Made by a program: the position numbers and the translations under genes
Part shown: piece by piece, positions 57,209 through 64,000 of the stretch
Numbering within the stretch: the stretch's first letter is position 1
How the letters are laid out: every line of letters begins with the position of its first letter
DNA from: Candidatus Spongiisociaceae bacterium
Lineage (GTDB): Bacteria > Actinomycetota > Acidimicrobiia > Spongiisociales > Spongiisociaceae
Reading direction: 5' to 3'
DNA: 64,000 nt
Assembly: GCA_965202665.1 (NCBI GenBank)
Contig: OZ241841.1
Coordinates: forward strand, 576,001 to 640,000
Notes under the pieces: generated by a model
Seen by the model: only the letters and a program-made list of their open reading frames with translations
What the model was told of the DNA's origin: nothing
The model's database searches: none

Positions 57209-58036
57209 TCAACCGGCCTGGGGGTGGGCGGTTTTTCTTATCTGTTGGCGGGTGGCGGCTATGTAACGGCAGGCTTCCAACAGCGGGCCGTGGACCGCAT
57301 CCGCCCATAGGCGGTGTCCGGATGCGTTGGGATGAAACAGGTCGGGGCCGAACAGACCGGGGTCGGAACGGAACGACTGGCTCACCCCCTCCCACATTGA
57401 CAGGGTGGTCACCTTCGGATTTATCCGCTCCATGCGCCGGTGCGCCCGGTCGCCCCGCCGGGAACGCCAGGTGAGCAGGGCGGCCAGCGGCTGCGGGGCG
57501 CGGGGGATGGAACCCAAATCTCCGATCCCCATGAAGATGACCTTTTCCGCCGTCTGGGAAAGCAGCTCGGCCACATGGGACAGCCGATGTTCTATCAGGC
57601 GGGCGGGAACCCCCCGCAACAGGTCGTTGGCCCCGCCCGACACCACCGCCACATCCGGGGCCATCGCCAGCGCGACGGGCAGTTGCCGGTCCCTGACTTC
57701 CCGGGATCGGGCTCCGCCCCGGGCTAAAGAACTCAGGACGATCCGGTACCGGTAAGGCAACCGGCGCACCGCCTGTCGCAACCACATGTCGGACGGGTCG
57801 GACAAACCGGCCCCGGTCAGCACGCTGTCCCCCAAAGCGACGATGCGGATGGGGACGCCGTCCGGATGGCCAAACGAGCCGGAGCATTCCAAGTCGGGAG
57901 AATGAGGCAAACGGCGATGCCCGGCGTAGTAAACCTGGGCGGCCAAACCCCCCGCCGCGGCGGCCGCCGCCCAACCCGCCGCCTGGGCGGCGCGGCGAAC
58001 GGCGCTTCCGGTTGCGAGACCGAGGTTCATATCCAA
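57209..58036 (-). CDS. SGNH/GDSL hydrolase
   Basis: ALGDSVLTG, GGANDL, DLFHPNASGH. Confidence 0.88.
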   Translation of the reverse strand: MDMNLGLATGSAVRRAAQAAGWAAAAAAGGLAAQVYYAGHRRLPHSPDLECSGSFGHPDGVPIRIVALGDSVLTGAGLSDPSDMWLRQAVRRLPYRYRIVLSSLARGGARSREVRDRQLPVALAMAPDVAVVSGGANDLLRGVPARLIEHRLSHVAELLSQTAEKVIFMGIGDLGSIPRAPQPLAALLTWRSRRGDRAHRRMERINPKVTTLSMWEGVSQSFRSDPGLFGPDLFHPNASGHRLWADAVHGPLLEACRYIAATRQQIRKTAHPQAG

Positions 58037-58077
58037 ATTTTACCGCGCCGGGGGAGTTAGATAACGGGGCCCTCCCG

Positions 58078-58659
58078 CTATGCGGGCGCGACTCGGCGGA
58101 CGCCGGACTGGGTGGCCAGGTGGGTCACGGCCGCATCACGGTCGGCGGTGGGGATGCGCTCCACCACCATTTGGTCGGTCGTCACCCCAACTAGGGCGGC
58201 GCCGGGATTGATTTGGGGCAGGAGCCCGTCGTAATAACCGGCCCCCCGGCCCAGGCGGGAACCGGCGCGGTCGAACACCAACCCGGGGACCAAAACCACC
58301 CCCACCGCGGACGGTTCCACCGGCGGGGATTGGGGGGCGGGCTGGGCGAACCCGTAACGATGGGTTTCCAGAGGACCGTCCGCCCGGTGGAGGGTGAGCG
58401 GGCCTTGGGGCGGGGTGCGGGTGAGGGCGAAGGGGCGGGCGGCGCGCCGGGGCAGGTCGGCCAAATCCGCTTCGTCGGGCAGGGCGCAGAAGGAAACCAC
58501 CCACCCGGGGGGCGCGGTGGGAAGCCATTCGGCCAGCCGGGCCACCACCTGTTCGGAGATGTCCGCGGGCAGGACGGCGGGGCGGACGGCGCGGGCCCAC
58601 CGGCGCCACTCCCGCTTGGGGGCGTCGGCGGCGGGAGGCGGAGGCGGGCCGGGGTTCAC
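58078..58659 (-). CDS. 5-formyltetrahydrofolate cyclo-ligase
   Basis: LVPGLVFDRAGSRLGRGAGYYD; GTG overlaps the upstream stop. Confidence 0.88.
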   Translation of the reverse strand: MNPGPPPPPAADAPKREWRRWARAVRPAVLPADISEQVVARLAEWLPTAPPGWVVSFCALPDEADLADLPRRAARPFALTRTPPQGPLTLHRADGPLETHRYGFAQPAPQSPPVEPSAVGVVLVPGLVFDRAGSRLGRGAGYYDGLLPQINPGAALVGVTTDQMVVERIPTADRDAAVTHLATQSGVRRVAPA

Positions 58660-59870
58660 AGAGCAGCCCGCAGGGGCCGGATCAGGTTGCCTTTCCGCCC
58701 GGGGGCGACATCGGACAGGCCCAGCCAACCGGCCAGAAGGCGCAGTTCGGCGGCCAGGGCCTTGGCCGTCGCCGGGCGGTCCGCGTCCGGTTCGGCGAAG
58801 GCGGCGGGTATGCGCAGAATCCCAGCCGGGCGGTCGGCTTTGACATCCACCCGCCCCGCCATCCGCCCGTTCAGCAGAAACGGCAGCACGTAGTAGCCGA
58901 ACACCCGCTTGGGGCGGGGCGTGTAAATCTCGATTCGGTAGCGGAACCCGAACATCCGCTCGGTGCGGGCCCGATCCCACACCAGCGGGTCGAAAGGGGC
59001 CAGCAGGGCCGTGCCCCGGCGACTGCGGGGAATGGCCAGATCCGGGGAGGCGTAGGCGGGTTTGCCCCACCCGGACACCTCCGCTTCCCGCAACTCCCCC
59101 CGCTCCACCAGGGCGCCGACCGCCTGGGAGGCGGCCGCTTTGCGCATTCGGAAAAAGTCGGCCAAGTCGTCGACCGTCCCCACCCCCAGGGCGGTAGAGG
59201 CCTCCAAAACCATCATCCGGTCGGCCTGCGCCGCATCGGGCGGGGGGACCTCCCGCAGTCCGGGGGGAATGACCCGCTCCGTCAGGTCGTACCAGCGTTG
59301 GAAGTTGACCCGTTTGGCCACCGAAACCGCCCCGGTTGCGAACAGCCATTCCAGCGCCAACCGGGTTCGTCCGTAACTTTTCCACCATCCGCTAGAGGGG
59401 GCGACGGCCTCCCCTTCCCCTATCCGCCGGGCGGGGGCCGGGCCGAGGCGGGCCACCCTCTCCAAAACTTCGGCTACGAAATCGGGGGAGGCGAGGGCCA
59501 ACTCCCGCACCTGTCCCCACGGGTGGTCGCGCATCGCCTCCATGCGGGGCCGCAACATCGGATAAAAGTCAACGGGGGCGTAGGAACGTTCGTGGCACCA
59601 GTATTCGAACATCGCCTTGTCTTCATATATCCACCGGTCGAGGGCGGCCCGGTCGTAGGGGCCGAGGCGGGAGAACATGGGCAGATAGTGGGCCCGGACC
59701 ACGGTGTTCACCGAATCGATCTGCAACAGGCGTATGCGGCGGATGACCCGGCGGAAATGGCGGACGTCCGTCCGGCCGGGGCGGCCGTCGGCGAACCCTT
59801 GGGCGGCCAGATAAGCGCGGGCGGCGGCCTCGTTGCTTAAACGAATCGGTTGGCGACGGGAAGTCGGCAT
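58656..59870 (-). CDS. YcaQ/AlkZ-family (HTH_42) crosslink-repair DNA glycosylase
   Basis: LLQIDSVN, FSRLGPY, FEYW, LLAPFDPLVWDR, FRYRIEIYTP, GYYVLP. Confidence 0.9.
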   Translation of the reverse strand: MPTSRRQPIRLSNEAAARAYLAAQGFADGRPGRTDVRHFRRVIRRIRLLQIDSVNTVVRAHYLPMFSRLGPYDRAALDRWIYEDKAMFEYWCHERSYAPVDFYPMLRPRMEAMRDHPWGQVRELALASPDFVAEVLERVARLGPAPARRIGEGEAVAPSSGWWKSYGRTRLALEWLFATGAVSVAKRVNFQRWYDLTERVIPPGLREVPPPDAAQADRMMVLEASTALGVGTVDDLADFFRMRKAAASQAVGALVERGELREAEVSGWGKPAYASPDLAIPRSRRGTALLAPFDPLVWDRARTERMFGFRYRIEIYTPRPKRVFGYYVLPFLLNGRMAGRVDVKADRPAGILRIPAAFAEPDADRPATAKALAAELRLLAGWLGLSDVAPGRKGNLIRPLRAAL

Positions 59871-59978
59871 CCTGGCGTTTTCTCCTAAAATCTTTCGTCC
59901 CGTCGGGGCGGCGTTTGCGGGGCGGGGGCGGGTGAACGGGCGTCGGCAAGATTAGCGGACGGCGTTCCAAAGGTTTTT

Positions 59979-60000
59979 TGTCACAGCCCGCCTTTATCCT
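59979..60000 (+). promoter_or_regulatory. PafBC/RecA-NDp-like promoter upstream of glgA
   Basis: TGTCAC-agcccgcctt-TATCCT, ending 9 nt before the glgA ATG. Confidence 0.55.
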
Positions 60001-60009
60001 GGGTTTGAT

Positions 60010-61377
60010 ATGAGAATCCTGCTGGCCGCCGCCGAATGTTCCCCCCTGGCCCGCACCGGCGGGCTGGGCGAAGCCGTCGCCGGGTTGGGGGCGGGGTTGC
60101 GGCGGATGGGCGTGGAGGCGACCGCGGTCATCCCCGGCTATCGGCATCTGGCCGGGTTGGGGGAACCCGCGGGACAGGCGCCCGGTCCGGCGGCGGAGTT
60201 GCGTCGGGTCGACGCGGGGGAACTGCCGGTTTTGCTGGTGGACGACCCGGAGTCGTTCGACCGCCCGGGCATTTACGGCCCCGAACCCGGCTCCGGCTAC
60301 GACGACCAGTGGAGACGCTTCGGACGTTTCTCAACGGCGGTGCGGGAAATGGCCGCCGGCTACGACCTGCTCCATCTGCACGACGGGCATTGCGGCCCGG
60401 CCGCCCTGTCCGCCCCGGTTCCCACCGTGTTCACCATCCACAACGCCGCCTATTCCATCCTGGGGCCGCTTCGGGAAACCGCCCGCCTGGTGGGGGCGAC
60501 GGCGGAGGAACGGGCCCCCGGCGGGGCTTTGGAATGGTTCGGGCGGGCCAACTTTCTGAAAGCGGGAGCGGCCGGGGCGGGGGCGGCGACCGCCGTCAGC
60601 CCCGCTTTCGCCCGGGATTTAATGACCGATCCGGAGACGTCGGGGGGGTTGGACGGGGTGCTGGCCGCCCGGGGGTCGCCGGTGACGGGAATCCTGAACG
60701 GGATCGACTCCGACTCCTGGGATCCGGCCCGCGACCCGGCCCTGCCCGCTTTTTTCTCAAAAGGACGGCTGGCGGGGCGGGCCGAGGCGCGGCGGGCCCT
60801 GCTGGAACGGGCCGGTTTGGAAGAAGGGGAGATGGTGCTGGGGGCGGTGACCCGGATGACCGGCCAGAAAGGAATCGACCTGTTGCATCCGGTGATGGAC
60901 GATTTGACGGCGGAGGGCCTGCGGTTCGCTTTCGTAGGAGGGGGGGATTTGGAGGGGATGGTGGACAGGTGGGCGGAACGTCATCCGGGGGCGGTGCGAC
61001 GGTTGCCTTACGAGGAAAACCTGGCCCGGCTGGCGTGCGCCGGTTCGGACGCTTTTCTGATGCCGTCCCGGTTTGAGCCGTGCGGGTTGGGGCAGATGTA
61101 CGCCATGCGCTACGGGGCGCCGCCCATTGCGCGTCTCACCGGCGGGTTGGCCGACACGGTGTTCGACTTGGACGAGCATCCGGAGCGGGCCACCGGCTTC
61201 GGTTTCCGGTCGCCGCAACCGGAAAGCCTGGCTAAAACCATCCGCCGCGCCCGCCGAGTTTTCCAACGGCACCGCTCCGAATGGCGGCGCCTGCAACGAA
61301 ACGGAATGTCCGCCGACTTCTCCTGGACCGCCCCCGCCGCCCAATACGCCGCCCTCTACCAAGACCTAATCGCATAA
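60010..61377 (+). CDS. glgA: Glycogen synthase (GT5)
   Basis: RTGGLGE, TIHN, GILNGID, QKGIDL, MPSRFEPCGLGQMYAMRYG, GGLADTV. Confidence 0.9.
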   Translation: MRILLAAAECSPLARTGGLGEAVAGLGAGLRRMGVEATAVIPGYRHLAGLGEPAGQAPGPAAELRRVDAGELPVLLVDDPESFDRPGIYGPEPGSGYDDQWRRFGRFSTAVREMAAGYDLLHLHDGHCGPAALSAPVPTVFTIHNAAYSILGPLRETARLVGATAEERAPGGALEWFGRANFLKAGAAGAGAATAVSPAFARDLMTDPETSGGLDGVLAARGSPVTGILNGIDSDSWDPARDPALPAFFSKGRLAGRAEARRALLERAGLEEGEMVLGAVTRMTGQKGIDLLHPVMDDLTAEGLRFAFVGGGDLEGMVDRWAERHPGAVRRLPYEENLARLACAGSDAFLMPSRFEPCGLGQMYAMRYGAPPIARLTGGLADTVFDLDEHPERATGFGFRSPQPESLAKTIRRARRVFQRHRSEWRRLQRNGMSADFSWTAPAAQYAALYQDLIA

Positions 61378-61570
61378 CCCCCGCTTAGGCAACCCATTTA
61401 GACGGAAACTGAAAACTATGCGATGAACCCGCCAGCGAGAGACCATACCTGATTTAAGCCACCGGATTAGATTATATAACTGCCTGGAAAACCAGAACCA
61501 AACAATAGCAAGAAAAAATCATCCAGGGCGTTGCTCACTAAGCAACGGTTTACATAAGGAGGTAACCGAC

Positions 61571-62641
61571 ATGATCGAAAATCTTAGGCCCGCCCGCCCG
61601 GCCGTTGCTGTTCTGCTGGTGTTGGCTGTTGTGGCTGTCGCTTGCGGTGAGCAGGAGGCTTCGTTGCCGATTGAGCCTGCTGGGCCCCGACCGGCTACCA
61701 GCACCACCACCGCCGAAGCCGCCCCCGAGGTGGTGGTGGAGGTTCCGACCGTCACCCCCCCGACTGAACCGGAGGCGGTGCTGGTGGCGGTTGAGGCGCC
61801 GCCCGCTACGACGGCCCCTGATCCGGATGTGGTGGTGACTACCCAGCCGGAGGCGGAGGAGGGGTTTGTGGTGATGAACACCTGGGTGGATGATCCCACG
61901 GTCACTGCGGAGGCTCCTACTACTACGTTGGCTCCTACGACGACTGCCGCTCCTACTACGACTACGACTGAGGCGGTGCCGGTTTCTACGATTGTGGTGG
62001 TTCCGGCTACGACTACGACGATGGCTCCGCCCACGTCTACGACCACTACGACTACTACGACTTTGGTTCCGGTTACGACTTCGACTACGGGTGCTCCTTC
62101 TACGACGGTGGTTCCGCCGATTCCTCGTGTGGGTGATGAGGGTGTGCCGGAGGTGAACGACCATGAGTCGAATGTTCGTCCGGTTGAGGTTGATTTGTCG
62201 TGGTTTCCGGAGATGAAGAATGTTATCACGTGGGAGGATTGGAACAGGGTTGATGAAGCGGCCACTCCTGAGTGGGACAGGTATGATAGTGGTAATTGCG
62301 CGCCGCGTAGGTGGTGGTCGTATCCTTTGACGATTCAGGTTGGTACGGTGATTGCAAACGCTCCGCTAGTTTCTTATTGCGATTTTACTCGTCCTCAGTC
62401 GTATGTGGTTACTCGTATGTATCCGTTGCCGGTTTGTGAAAATGAGGATCAGCGAGGGTGTTCGCACTCTACGAGTTATGAGGGGTTGGATCTGTGGCAG
62501 ATTGTGGTGTGTGGGTATACCTTTGGGGGTAGTATTGCTGATTTTGGTATTAGCTATCGTGCTGGGGCGTTGCGGCAGGATGATGGACGCTTTCGCGTGT
62601 TTACTAACTCGCTATATAGCCCGCGGGAGTGCAACAGATGA
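61571..62641 (+). CDS. Thr/Pro-rich lipoprotein with a Cys-containing C-terminal domain
   Basis: AAGGAGG RBS; lipobox-like AVAC; poly-Thr linker. Confidence 0.75.
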   Translation: MIENLRPARPAVAVLLVLAVVAVACGEQEASLPIEPAGPRPATSTTTAEAAPEVVVEVPTVTPPTEPEAVLVAVEAPPATTAPDPDVVVTTQPEAEEGFVVMNTWVDDPTVTAEAPTTTLAPTTTAAPTTTTTEAVPVSTIVVVPATTTTMAPPTSTTTTTTTTLVPVTTSTTGAPSTTVVPPIPRVGDEGVPEVNDHESNVRPVEVDLSWFPEMKNVITWEDWNRVDEAATPEWDRYDSGNCAPRRWWSYPLTIQVGTVIANAPLVSYCDFTRPQSYVVTRMYPLPVCENEDQRGCSHSTSYEGLDLWQIVVCGYTFGGSIADFGISYRAGALRQDDGRFRVFTNSLYSPRECNR

Positions 62642-64000
62642 GTGGTTCCTCCAATAAACCCTTAAAAGCAAGGTGGTATCTGTCGTTTGCGCTTGCTTTG
62701 ACGGCAGGGGTGCTGGGGTTGCTATTTGGAATGTCATTGCAGGCGGATGGGAATGTCACAAATTCGGAACATACTCATGTGTTCTCCGATGATATAACCA
62801 AAAGGGAGAAAGTGAGGCATGCAACACGGTGGTCTGCCCATCCAACATCTTCAGATGGATGGGCACCCTGGTGTGAGGATCGGTACGATTGTGATCATGA
62901 CGATATTAAGGGCTGGGGGAGATATTTGGGGCATAAGACGGAGTTGAGGGTTACGTGGTCGTGTTCCGACGGTGGGCATAGCAAGACATATTCTACTACA
63001 TATAAGGTGTCTCATCCGAGGGCTCATAGTAGGAGTGATTTTAGTCCGCCTGCGGTTCCTGCGGGGTGGTCTGATCCGTGTGAGTGGGTGGTGACGCATA
63101 CTGCGCCGCCGACTACGACTACCACTACTACCACGCTTCCTGATGAGGATCCGCCGCCTGTGTCGTCTACGACTACGACTGTTAGAACTACTCTTCCGGA
63201 GTCTCCGTGTTTGGAGGATTGGTGGTGGGATGGGGCGTTTTGTCAGCCGCCGTCGAGGCCTACGACTACTACGTCGACTTCGTTTCCGGCTCCGTTGCCG
63301 GGGAGTTGGTCGGGTGCGTGTGCGTTTACGTGGCGGGTGGGGGATACGATTGTGGGTGGTGGGTTGTTTGATCCGAATGTGGTGTCTTCGCATGGGCGGT
63401 TTACGGGGGTGCGGTTGCCGACTTATGGGGGTTTGAGGTCGTATGTGTTTAGGGGGAGTGTGCCTTCGGGGATGGATTGGGTGATGTTTGGTTCTGCTGA
63501 TAAGTTGTATGATGGTACTGGTGTGGGTGTGTGGGGTTCTCCGACTGCGGCGGGTACGTGGAGGGGGAATCTGACGTATACGACGTCGTATAGCAGTGTT
63601 GGCGGTTCTGTCTCGTTTACGGGGTATACGACGCCGTGTACGTTTACGGTGTTGGCGGCTGCTGTTCCGGGGGAGGGGCCGGTGCGGGCTTGTACGGCGG
63701 CGGTGTCGGAGGGGGTTTTGGAGGGGGTGCGTGGTTTGGTGTCGTGGCGGACGAATTTTGTGCCGGTGGATGATGGTAGCGGGGTGGATTTGGAGGCGGC
63801 GATGCGGGAGTTGGGGGTGTTGGAGTCTCCGGCGTTTCCGTCGGCGGTGGCTGCTGGGGGGTTGGGGGATCCGGATTATGATTTTCGGGTGTGGCCGTTT
63901 TGGCCGCCGGATAGGATTGGGTTGGCGGATGTGGTGGATACGGCGGAGTGTTCGTGGGGGGCGCGTAGGGTGATTACGCGGATGTGGCCGAGGGTGATGT
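62638..64000 (+). CDS. Secreted Thr-rich protein (open to the window end)
   Basis: ATGA overlap with the previous stop; manual translation MSGSSNKPLKARWYLSFALALTAGVLGLLFGMSLQADG...PPTTTTTTTTLP... with no stop up to 64000. Confidence 0.75.
   Translation, partial: MSGSSNKPLKARWYLSFALALTAGVLGLLFGMSLQADGNVTNSEHTHVFSDDITKREKVRHATRWSAHPTSSDGWAPWCEDRYDCDHDDIKGWGRYLGHKTELRVTWSCSDGGHSKTYSTTYKVSHPRAHSRSDFSPPAVPAGWSDPCEWVVTHTAPPTTTTTTTTLPDEDPPPVSSTTTTVRTTLPESPCLEDWWWDGAFCQPPSRPTTTTSTSFPAPLPGSWSGACAFTWRVGDTIVGGGLFDPNVVSSHGRFTGVRLPTYGGLRSYVFRGSVPSGMDWVMFGSADKLYDGTGVGVWGSPTAAGTWRGNLTYTTSYSSVGGSVSFTGYTTPCTFTVLAAAVPGEGPVRACTAAVSEGVLEGVRGLVSWRTNFVPVDDGSGVDLEAAMRELGVLESPAFPSAVAAGGLGDPDYDFRVWPFWPPDRIGLADVVDTAECSWGARRVITRMWPRVM

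Noticed and set aside
62754-62775. Eighth TGTCAC-N10-CATACT motif
   Set aside because: Lies inside the coding region of the 62638 ORF with no start downstream; likely chance

Overview
GC-rich chromosomal window from an actinobacterium. The gene set (AdnAB, DUF222/HNH, F420-dependent PPOX protein) and two secreted proteins with Cys-containing SLH-like anchors suggest Acidimicrobiia, possibly a sponge-type symbiont (inference). Core genes include two divergent acyl-CoA synthetases, gdhA, ppdK, dtd, plsB, 2-oxoacid dehydrogenase E1 alpha/beta, a CoxMSL-like molybdoenzyme, an aroQ-hydrolase fusion and glgA. Accessory DNA is interleaved. An NgoMIV-like type II R-M system and an AT-rich type III R-M system flank adnAB, and the type III mod gene is frameshifted at a C16 tract (candidate phase variation). 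Also present are a large triple-repeat surface protein lying between duplicated HNH/plsB junctions, an ISL3 with an 8-bp target duplication next to an IS481 remnant, a decayed phage SSB/exonuclease pair, and Thr-rich secreted proteins at the right end. The strongest non-coding signal is a promoter motif TGTC(A/C/G)(C/G)-N10-(T/C)ANNNT with the geometry of the actinobacterial PafBC/RecA-NDp DNA-damage promoter. It occurs seven times: before the RecB-like nuclease, adnAB, the R-M methylase and glgA, and three times in an in-frame 111-bp tandem array in front of the HNH gene. All calls are by eye; no database searches were run.
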